Shown here one piece after another: positions 1-8,900 of a stretch of DNA of 13,213 bases. The position numbers were made by a program, and so were the translations under genes. The number at the start of each line of letters is the position of its first letter. Within the stretch, counting starts at the first letter, position 1. The stretch comes from Promethearchaeota archaeon (GTDB lineage Archaea; Asgardarchaeota; Lokiarchaeia; Sigyniarchaeales; SOKP01): NCBI GenBank assembly GCA_048941285.1, contig JBHLNS010000072.1, positions 1-13,213 of the forward strand. Reading direction: 5' to 3'. The notes beneath the pieces are model-generated. The model was not told the origin of the DNA. It ran no database searches and saw nothing but the letters and a program-made list of their open reading frames with translations.

Positions 1-2
1 AC

Positions 3-2180
3 GCTCTTCCCATATTAATTCTATTTATTCCCTTATTCTTTATACGAAAAAAACCAATAGGTAAATTGTATTTAAGAATAATTCTAGGCATTACAGTATT
101 TTATATTATCTATTGGATTCTCCCAATAATATTTCAATTTGGAGAAACACCTGATGAGTTAATGGTCACTCCCGCAGAAGAAGGTAATATAGCCTATGGC
201 TTAGCTTATCTCTTTACACATTTAGGTTCATTAATTGCACAGTTTTTTTCATACCCTGTAATTACATTGCCATTCATATTTTTAGTAGCGCCCTTTGTTT
301 CAATAATATTTTTGTGGAATAGATTGAGAAAGGAAGAAGGTTCTTTAAGATCGAATTTAGAGCAAATAAGTTATGAATTGAAAGAAAGTCCTCTAGAACA
401 AGCTAAAAAAGCATTGATTAGAAATAATTGGTCTCGTGAGAAACAAATTTTGAAATTATTAATTGTTTTACTGCCAATCTCTCTTTATTTAATGCAAGTT
501 ATAATCCAAATTTCTGGGTTAACAGAGGAGTCATTAACTACAGGGCAAACTGCTTTAGGATGGTTCTTAGAAATATTATTCGTGTATTTAGCAATCTTTA
601 TTTTTAGTATTGAAATTTTGTTTTCAAGTCAAGTTGCTTTAAAAGGTAGATTTTTTGGTGAACAAATAAGAGAGCAAACTTATAAAAGTCTATATACGAT
701 AGGAACACCAATGTCAATTTTCTCAATAATATTATTCGCGCTATTATATGAAGGATCAATCTCTATAATTATTTACTTTTTTGCGTATTTTATAATGGCA
801 TCTATAATATTTATTTTATTCATTGATATCTTTGAACCAATCTCAATTTTAATTTTCGTGAAAATAATTAACTGGTGGAAAAAAAGGAAAACTCAGAGAG
901 TAAAAACTCAAAATTTCTATTATATGTTAATTTTTGGGGCTTTAGCTTTAGTTTCTTACTTTATTTTAAATTTAGTATTATCGAATTTTATATATACTCC
1001 TCTATTTGGAGAACCCGGTTCTTATGAAGAAGGTTTAATATATGGTGCAGGAGCATATTCAACGCTCGATCCAGATCTCTCACTTATTCTACAATTTGAT
1101 CTGTTAATTATATATGGTATCTTAATAACAGAAATTATACCTGCAGTAATTCTGACATTGTTTTTAGCTTATGGATTAAAATTTTTAAAGAGTATAGGAT
1201 TAGGCATATCTATATATTTACCTGTCATCATAACTTTATCGATAATTTTTATTCTTTGGAGTGGGAATATTTATTGGTTAACTGGAAAAACAAGTTATAC
1301 TACAATTTTCGGTTTCAACCTCTATACTCTAAGAACAGCTAGTTTAGAGGCAAATCTTACAGGATTTTTAAATATCCTAGCTGCACCATATTTATGCACA
1401 CGCTATATCTTTAATATTATACTATGGAGCCTAATAATTTTCTATCTGAGGAAGGAATTTAAAGTAAAAAACGTTGAAGTAGACAAAGAACATATAAAAA
1501 AAATAATCTATTCCTCCGTTAAAGATTTTCCCATATATGACGACTACGCTAAAAATGAAGAGGATTATTTAATTTCTCGAAAAGAAAACATTGGCATAGG
1601 ATATCTTGAGCAAGAACGAGAAGAAATAAAAAGCATAATGCAAATACTTGAAAATGATAAGTTACTTGAAGAAATCAAGCCCATTGATGAGAATGAAATG
1701 AAAAGGTTTTACTTTACATTAAGATACCTTTATAAAAACAATCTGATTAATATCTTGAGACCCGAAGTGAGCTATATCTTTGAACCAGTTGAAAAACAAG
1801 GTCTCTACATTATTTATGATGATGGACGGGGAGTTTATAATTATGCCTTTAAAAAAGACGTTCAGCAAGATCCAGGGCTGGTCTCGGGGATGTTTTCTGC
1901 TATTACCTCTTTTATTAAAGAAATGACAAAATCTGCCGAAGCCTTGAAAAAAATTGACCATGGAGACATTACCATACTTTTAGAATATGGGAATCGTATT
2001 TTTGGAGCATTGTTCATTAAAGGCCATCAAACTACAGAAGTTAGAACTCCTTTAAAAGAATTTGTTAAAAAATTTGAAACTCAGTATTTAGATATCTTAA
2101 AAGACTGGTCAGGGGCACTTACTCCTTTTAAAAACGAGGAAAATGATAGATTAGTAGAAGTTATTTTTAAAGAAGAATAA
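3..2180 (+). CDS. Polytopic membrane protein with C-terminal longin/roadblock-like domain (5'-truncated by window edge)
   Basis: The frame is open from position 3 (ALPILILFIPLFFIRKKPIGK-LYLR...), so the TTG at 66 is not the true start. About 12 or more hydrophobic segments are followed by a soluble tail. The last ~125 aa (GLYIIYDDGRGVYNYAF...DPGLVSGMFSAITSFIKEM...KKIDHGDITILLEYG..IFGALF...LKEFVKKFETQY..ILKDWSG) match the longin-like C-terminal domain common in Asgard proteins. Ends in TAA. Confidence 0.85.
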   Translation, partial: ALPILILFIPLFFIRKKPIGKLYLRIILGITVFYIIYWILPIIFQFGETPDELMVTPAEEGNIAYGLAYLFTHLGSLIAQFFSYPVITLPFIFLVAPFVSIIFLWNRLRKEEGSLRSNLEQISYELKESPLEQAKKALIRNNWSREKQILKLLIVLLPISLYLMQVIIQISGLTEESLTTGQTALGWFLEILFVYLAIFIFSIEILFSSQVALKGRFFGEQIREQTYKSLYTIGTPMSIFSIILFALLYEGSISIIIYFFAYFIMASIIFILFIDIFEPISILIFVKIINWWKKRKTQRVKTQNFYYMLIFGALALVSYFILNLVLSNFIYTPLFGEPGSYEEGLIYGAGAYSTLDPDLSLILQFDLLIIYGILITEIIPAVILTLFLAYGLKFLKSIGLGISIYLPVIITLSIIFILWSGNIYWLTGKTSYTTIFGFNLYTLRTASLEANLTGFLNILAAPYLCTRYIFNIILWSLIIFYLRKEFKVKNVEVDKEHIKKIIYSSVKDFPIYDDYAKNEEDYLISRKENIGIGYLEQEREEIKSIMQILENDKLLEEIKPIDENEMKRFYFTLRYLYKNNLINILRPEVSYIFEPVEKQGLYIIYDDGRGVYNYAFKKDVQQDPGLVSGMFSAITSFIKEMTKSAEALKKIDHGDITILLEYGNRIFGALFIKGHQTTEVRTPLKEFVKKFETQYLDILKDWSGALTPFKNEENDRLVEVIFKEE

Positions 2181-2223
2181 AAATAATTTTCAAATACCAC
2201 TATTTTTTATTATTAACTTTTTG

Positions 2224-2231
2224 TATAAATA
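2224..2231 (+). promoter_or_regulatory. Putative archaeal TATA box for the 7TM gene
   Basis: TATAAATA ends about 32 nt upstream of ATG 2263, a spacing that fits a short-leader archaeal promoter. The AT-rich background makes chance matches likely. Confidence 0.35.
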
Positions 2232-2262
2232 TTTTAATACTTCAGCATCAAAAGATTATATT

Positions 2263-2946
2263 ATGGATATTTTTAACTTAATTAAAATAATTGCAGCATC
2301 GATAACTATTGTATTTTCATTTGCAGTAGGATTTCGTGTGTTACGGCTAAATCCAGTCAATTTATTGAATAGATGGTTTACTATTTTTTTTATATCGTCA
2401 TCCCTTGGATTTTTAATATATACAATTTATCATTTAATACTAAATAATCCACAGATTGTTATAGCATTGATGATAACAACACAGATTTTCTTTAATTTGA
2501 TCTTTATTTCCCTAATGATGACAGTTTTTATATTGGAAAAATATGAAAAAGTGGCCATGAGTTTCAAATACCTTGGAACAATGATAGCATTGTTGATTTT
2601 AATGAGTGTTGGTTATTTTATTTGGATACCAACATTGAATATGGCTAGATACGCCCTAGGCATTGTTGATACTAGAACTCCGCTTCCCTGGTTTATTTCT
2701 ATAATTCTTATTAGAGCTCTATTACTTATTTATGTTGTTTATAAATACGCCATAATGTCTAGAAAAATGGAAGGAGAGGTCCGAAAAAGGGTACAATGGT
2801 TTTTTATTGGAATAATTTTTATTATTATAGCTCTTGTTATTGATTTATTTGGAGGAGCATTCGATTTTATTTTAGTTGAAGTTTTTGCCTTAATTGCTGT
2901 TGATATCGCTACGATAACAATATTAAAGGGTTTCTCGATTAAATAA
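2263..2946 (+). CDS. Stand-alone seven-transmembrane protein (HisKA_7TM-like sensor module, no kinase fused)
   Basis: Preferred start is ATG 2263 (MDIFNLIKII) rather than TTG 2221. Seven hydrophobic helices, an 'LNRWF' motif at the start of TM2, a longer TM4-TM5 loop and a basic TM5-TM6 loop (SRKMEGEVRKR). The protein stops right after TM7. Confidence 0.75.
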   Translation: MDIFNLIKIIAASITIVFSFAVGFRVLRLNPVNLLNRWFTIFFISSSLGFLIYTIYHLILNNPQIVIALMITTQIFFNLIFISLMMTVFILEKYEKVAMSFKYLGTMIALLILMSVGYFIWIPTLNMARYALGIVDTRTPLPWFISIILIRALLLIYVVYKYAIMSRKMEGEVRKRVQWFFIGIIFIIIALVIDLFGGAFDFILVEVFALIAVDIATITILKGFSIK

Positions 2947-2953
2947 ACAACAA

Positions 2954-2964
2954 TTCTTTTTTCT
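2954..2964 (+). terminator. Possible oligo-T archaeal terminator between convergent genes
   Basis: TTCTTTTTTCT lies just after the 7TM stop codon, in the 79-nt gap to the convergent longin gene. Confidence 0.3.
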
Positions 2965-3025
2965 AATTTCCCAGAATTATTAGATTGAAAGAATTAATTT
3001 GAATTTTATCATAAAATCATAACAT

Positions 3026-3487
3026 TTAAATTCCAAAAACAGATTTAATACGATCTCCAACTCTGAATCTTAAATCTGCGAGAATTTCGTCTATTTTGGA
3101 AACAAAATCTTTAAAATATTTAGGTTTTTTTGAAAATATATCATTAATGGGATATCGATTTAGAAAATTAGAAATTATTTCCTTTAAATGTTGTTTCACA
3201 AAATTATGATTAGTTCCCTTTTCTATAATAGCAAATGATAATAATGGTTGAGCATCACTATCCATTTTTCCGGGTAATTCAATGGTTTTAAAGTAACATA
3301 CAATTTCGAAGTTCGAGAGCGCTATAACGTTAATCTTATCTCCAAATACTTCAGTAAAACAACTTTTCAATCCACTCAAAAACTTAGCACGTATATTAGG
3401 ATCTAAGATGTTATCTGAAGATGAATAATACTTGATATCCATTAAATTTTTCATGCCAACGTTAATTCCCACTTCTAAAACTGCCAT
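3026..3487 (-). CDS. Stand-alone longin-like domain protein (Asgard type), 153 aa
   Basis: Pattern beta-beta-alpha-beta-beta-beta-alpha-alpha: VLEVGINV / DIKYY / DPNIRAKFLSGLKSCFTEVF / INVIAL..FEIVCY / LLSFAII / VKQHLKEIISNFLNRY / FKDFVSKIDEIL. It parallels the tail of the 3..2180 protein (DPxLxSGxxSAIxSF ... LKEFxxKFxxxY). Confidence 0.7.
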   Translation of the reverse strand: MAVLEVGINVGMKNLMDIKYYSSSDNILDPNIRAKFLSGLKSCFTEVFGDKINVIALSNFEIVCYFKTIELPGKMDSDAQPLLSFAIIEKGTNHNFVKQHLKEIISNFLNRYPINDIFSKKPKYFKDFVSKIDEILADLRFRVGDRIKSVFGI

Positions 3488-3594
3488 TTCTCAAAATTGA
3501 ATATTTTTTTATTATCGTTTCTTAACCCATTTTCTATAATATTTTTAATTGTTGTCTATACATATATAGTTTATAATATATAAATTCTTCATTA

Positions 3595-4395
3595 TTAAGG
3601 AACAGTTGCTACCGCTCTAACCCATCCAGCACCTGCCCTGGCAATTTTAATCGGAAAGCAATAAATTGTAGCTCCTACTGGAGGAACTTTGTCTAAGTTT
3701 ATTAATTTCTCCATTTGGAAATACCCTAATTCAATACCAGCAAAATGGCCCTCCCAAATTATTGATTTATTAGGTTTTTTTTCTCTTATGGAACTTTTCC
3801 ATTTTTTTGCAGTTATTGAAAAAGGGGCATCCCAAGACCAAGCGTCAATCCCAACAACATGAACTCCTTGCCTAATAATATGCAATGTTGCTTCTTTTCC
3901 TACACCTACTCCATAATTTATATATTCATTTGTGCCATAGTGCTTTGGCGCATTCGTATGGACGCAAAGGATATCCCCTTCCTTTAATGTATGTCCAATA
4001 TCATTTAACTTCTTGTCAACATCCTCGGGAATCATAACATATCCTTCCTCATAATCTGTACAGTCTAATACAATAAGAGGACCTATCCCCCATTCTAATG
4101 GAAAATCTTCTATATTCATTGCCTTTTTTTGTTTAAGCTGCTTATCTTGTATTGGAGCAAAATGCCAAGGAGCATCCATGTGGGTTCCGCTATGTGTTCC
4201 CAAAGTAACTGATTCAACCTCCCAACCTTTTCCATTTGGTAAGTGCTTTTCGGGTTTTAACCTTGGAAAGACAAATCCCATCTGTAAAGCACCTTCTTCA
4301 TGAGAAGTATATTCGATTTTTGGTTGTGTCAAAGGAGGATCAAACACAGCCTATTCAGGGTTTATAATTGGAATACTTAAATCAATAAATTTCAT
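3595..4395 (-). CDS. Cyclase family (kynurenine formamidase KynB-like) metal-dependent hydrolase, with an in-frame TAG at codon 15 (4351-4353)
   Basis: Signature HxGTHxDxPxH (HSGTHMDAPWHF), VVGIDAWSWD, and H...QMEKLINL...PIKI..AGAGWVRAVA. From ATG 4395 the frame reads MKFIDLSIPIINPE*AVFDPP, and IDLSxPI is the canonical first strand of this family. GAGAAA lies a few nt upstream of ATG 4395. Either recoded, a pseudogene, or a sequence error. Confidence 0.9.
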
Positions 4396-4463
4396 AATAT
4401 TTTCTCTATATCCAATTAATTAAAAAGTTAATTTATTAATTAGTAAAAAATTATTGAGTCAAT

Positions 4464-5528
4464 TTAGTTAAGATTTTTTCTCTTACCTTCAAGTATCGCC
4501 ATTCCCATTTCTAAAACTCTGTTAAAAGGCTCTTCTCCATCTTCCCTCACTCGTAAAGTTATTGCTTCTTCAGGGCAAAATGTAGCACACAAACCACATC
4601 CAAGGCATTTCTCTCTCAATACAACAGCATGATCATTTAATTCTAACGCTCCCACGGGGCAACGTTCAAGACAGGTTCCGCAACTAATACAGAGTTCTTC
4701 ATCTATAATTGATTCAAATATTGCATTAAAAAACTTATGTTTATCAAGTCCTTTTTTAGTAATCCCTTTCATTGATGCGCAACAACAAGGACAGCAATTA
4801 CAAATGTTTGATAGATGCTTGGAATTGGCTCCAGCATGTACTAGACCAGCTTTATCTGCCTCTTCAACGATTCTTATTGCCTCATCAGCAGAAATTTTGC
4901 GTCCGATACCGTTTTCAATATAATATTCTGCTGCAACTCCAAAACTAAGACAAGTTTCAATGGGATAATCACACCCTTCTCCATTTAGTCTGGCTTCTTT
5001 ACGGCAAATACAATCTGTTACAGAAATCACTCTGGCATTTCTTATACTCTCCTTCAATTTTTGATAGGGATAAAGTGAAGTATTAGGTTCAACTATTTCT
5101 TCAATGGGGACTACTTTAAATCCGGGAACATTGCTAATCCCCATTTCTTCTTGATATACTGTATCATAATATTCCTTAAAATGTTTAGCAAGCTCCTTAT
5201 CTACTTTTTTAACAGAATATTCATATAAACCAATCATAAAAGGTATTGCATTGAATAAAGTTTTACCATCTCTTCGCATTCGAAAGATCAACCCTTTTTT
5301 TGCCATCATTTCTAACTTTTCCTCCAAATGGTTAACATCCATTCTCGCTCTTTTGGCAATTTTTTTTACATCTTCTGGAATGTGGGTCAACTTTATTGCT
5401 ATGTTTGCCTCTTCTTCTGTGAAGAGTTTTTTTAAGATTTTAATTTCAACACCGGAAGCTGATTCAGGGTATCCTAAAGGGAATTGATCCAAGAACTCCC
5501 TTAAGCTTAAATAAACATCATCAGTCAT
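4464..5528 (-). CDS. 4Fe-4S binding (ferredoxin dicluster) protein with N-terminal HTH-like region, 354 aa
   Basis: Motifs CICR...C....ETC and ICNCCPCCC, plus two CxxCxxCxxxCP motifs (CISCGTCLERCP, CLGCGLCATFCP). The N-terminal region FTEEEANIA...LEEKLEMMAKKGLIFR is HTH-like. The family is common in anaerobes such as Desulfobacterota and Lokiarchaeia. Confidence 0.9.
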   Translation of the reverse strand: MTDDVYLSLREFLDQFPLGYPESASGVEIKILKKLFTEEEANIAIKLTHIPEDVKKIAKRARMDVNHLEEKLEMMAKKGLIFRMRRDGKTLFNAIPFMIGLYEYSVKKVDKELAKHFKEYYDTVYQEEMGISNVPGFKVVPIEEIVEPNTSLYPYQKLKESIRNARVISVTDCICRKEARLNGEGCDYPIETCLSFGVAAEYYIENGIGRKISADEAIRIVEEADKAGLVHAGANSKHLSNICNCCPCCCASMKGITKKGLDKHKFFNAIFESIIDEELCISCGTCLERCPVGALELNDHAVVLREKCLGCGLCATFCPEEAITLRVREDGEEPFNRVLEMGMAILEGKRKNLN

Positions 5529-5937
5529 TACAATCGCTTAATATTAAAATCATTTAATTTTTTAATAATTTTTCATAAAATTCAAATTAATTGTAAAAAG
5601 CATTGTTTTTTTATAAATAATTTTTCTTTAAACAAGTATAAATTTACTCTGGGTGTTCCCAACTCGGTAATATTAAAATTTAATAATAAAATTTACAATC
5701 TCTTATAAGAATAATGAGTATTACAAATCAAAAATCATAATTTTTCATAAGGTATAAATGATAGGATCATTAGCAGCTCCTACCATGATAAACAATTGTT
5801 CTTCTTCTCGAAATAATTCTTTTAATACTGAAGAAATTAGTGAACCTTAATCTGTCAAATTTCATAGAATAATCTAAATATTTGAAACCATTTTAAATTT
5901 CGACCTCAAAATCGATTGATGTCTCGTAAAGAATTAG

Positions 5938-8900
5938 TTAAGTTAAAATAAACCATCTGTTTCTTCTCAGATCTGCTTTTAATTCATCTATATTGTGTCG
6001 ATTTATATTATTGCATTCAAAAATCTTGTTTGAATCAATGATTTTAAAAAGTATATCTCGATATTTATCATCGAATCCGATTAGAATAGCAAATAAATTA
6101 GAATTGATGACTCTTATATTTTCTTCATATTTAATTCTATTATCTTGAGGTATAGAAATTGTTTCTCTCTTTTTAAATGATGGATACCACCTTATCCCTA
6201 CAATAAATAGAAACAACTCCGGATTTTGGTAATTTAGACAAATGTTTATAATATTTCTTTGTGATAAATCATTCGTATATATAAATTGAAGACCCTTAAT
6301 ATCGTTAATACTTCCAAGATTGATATTGAGTTCTTTAATTAAATTTGAACTATTTTTAGGATTCAGAAGGCTCTTCTGTAAAAATTTCGTATCATTTAAT
6401 ATTAAACCATTGATCATATTATCACCTTCAAGGTAAATCTCTGGTTCTGAATAATAATTTATTCCTATTTGGTCGAAATATTGTATCATTAATCTGTTTA
6501 TATTAGAAATAGCAAAGGATTTTTCAGTATTTTGAGCCAGTGCTGTTTTTGATTGCATATTTGAATAATACTTAACTCGCTCTTGCTCATTCAATACTCC
6601 TAATTTAAATAACTCATTAGAGATTTTCCTACATTGTTCGTATAAGTAAGTGGCATTTGCATAATTACCATACTTGATCGAATCTTTTGCTTCTTTTTCA
6701 TTTTCCTCTCTTTTATCACTGAGATACTTAACTTTATTTTTCAAATCTTTTGATTCAGGATCATATAATACTATTTGTGGTTTTTTAGCCTTAATTTTTT
6801 TAACAGCTATATATCCTGGGATGACAACCATAGCGCATCCTAGAAATGTCCAAATGAGTATAAAATTTATATCACTGTTATTCTTTATATCATTATTGGG
6901 TGCAAGTATAATAAACGTACCACTGCTGGAAATGCTTTGAAGACCAACGCCATCGATTTGGTATAAAAAGAAATAATAGGTTCCTTGCGGGAGATCGACT
7001 TCTAATTCGTAATAGCTACTTTCTAGACCTGTATTTTCTATTATTATTTCAAAAACATACCCAGGTGTGTAAAGTGGGTTTGATTCATTATCAATTATTA
7101 ATCTGAAATATTCTATTCCTGAGTGATCATAAACTTCCTCCCAATCAAAAATGATTTTACCAATTACCTCACCATGAGGATAATCTGTTAAAATTGGAGG
7201 TAGAGGTGAGGTCGTATCTTTTACTTCAATGGAACCATTAATAGATGCCTTATTATCAAAATTATCCTCAACTAATATTTCATAATTATACATACCTACC
7301 TTAGATGGACTAAATTTTTTCAATTGCCATACATCTCCACCTAGATTACTCATCATATCATTTAAAACTTTACATTTGAATAATACTTGTTTTATCCCCG
7401 AGATATCTGTGGCTTTAACCAGAAATACTGTAGAATTACCTAATTCTAGTGGTTCTGTATGATTCGTTAAAAGTTTACAAGTTGGGTTCGTAGTATCAAC
7501 AACTTGAATCGAACCTTCAACAAATCCCCAATTTTTGCGTTTATCTTCCATGTGTATCATGTAAGTATGATTCCCTATACTTGATGGAGTCCAAAAACTA
7601 AATTGCCACTTATCACCCCCCAAATTTGTCATAGAGCGGTTATTCAAATCAAATTCGATTAAAACTTGATTTATTCCTGAAGGATCAATCACATCAATTG
7701 TTATTATTTCCGTATCACCCAATTCCAAAGGATCTGCACTTTCAGTTAAATTTGAGTATGATGGAGGTGATTTATCAGGACCAAAAAGATTAGAAACATT
7801 GATTCTACCATGACCATAATAAGGATCAAAACCAGGGATCCCTAAGTCTACAGCTGATTCATAAATTAAAGATTCTATCTGACTGGCATTACTTGTTGGA
7901 TATGCACTTTTAAGTAGAGCTGCTAAACCAGAAACATGAGGGGCTGCCATAGATGTCCCATATGCTAAATCATAATAAGTGCCTTGAATATCATATGGAA
8001 CTGTGGAGAATATATCCTCTCCCGGAGCTGCGATATCTATCCATGAGCCAAAATTAGAAAAATTTGCTTTCAGATCTTCTCTATCTGTTGCACTAACTGC
8101 TAATACTTTTGGATAAGCTGCTGGATAATGTGGAATGCTAGAATTTTCATTACCCGCAGCAGCAATAACTAAAACATTATGATTTATTGCATAATCAAGA
8201 CCTTCTATTAAGGTTTGAGAAAGGGAAGTGCTTCCCCAACTACAGCTAATAATGTCTACTCCTATATCTACAGCGTGCATTATAGCTGCCCTACAGTCTA
8301 ACATAGATCCCATCCCTGAAGCTCCAAAAGCTTTTTCAGCAACAAGAGAAACATTTGCCATTCCTGAAATACCTTCTATGTTATTAATAACCCCTGCTAT
8401 TGTGCCCGCACACTGAGTACCATGGGAATGATCATCCATAGGATCATCATCATCATTAACCCAATCATATCCTAATGGTAAATAATTTCTATTAAGATCA
8501 GGATGGGTATAATCAATTCCAGTGTCAACTACAGCAACTTTTATATCATTTGACCCTATTTCATAATCCCACGCGGACTCCATACCAATAAGTGTCAGAT
8601 CCCATTGATATTCAGCATAATATTCATCATTGGGAATAAAATCAAGCTGATTATAGAAGTTTGGTTCAACATATTCAATACCTTGGATGCTTTTTGACTC
8701 TAGAATAAAATTTTCAATATCTTCTAACGAAACATAAACAATACTCGCATTTAAATAAGCAGGGTTTTCAAGAAATTCTCCATCATAATTCGAAATAAAT
8801 TCTTTAACGTAGTGGGAAAATTCCATGCTATCTCTCTTAAGAACAAATTCAAGTTTTTCATCTTCTCGGACATTCACTACATCATTATCATGGTATGCAA

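Noticed and set aside
1719-1961. 80-aa minus-strand ORF
   Set aside because: Antisense shadow of the longin domain with no recognisable motif.
4331-4338. Strong SD-like AAAGGAGG on the plus strand
   Set aside because: It is the complement of the cyclase Pro-Pro-Leu codons, and no plus-strand ORF follows.
4345-4347. GTG start given for the cyclase
   Set aside because: No SD, and it removes the conserved IDLSxPI strand. It is an artefact of the upstream TAG.
5251-5487. 78-aa plus-strand ORF
   Set aside because: Antisense to the well-supported Fe-S gene.
6674-8416. Plus-strand ORFs 6674-6940 and 8228-8416
   Set aside because: Antisense shadows inside the subtilase.
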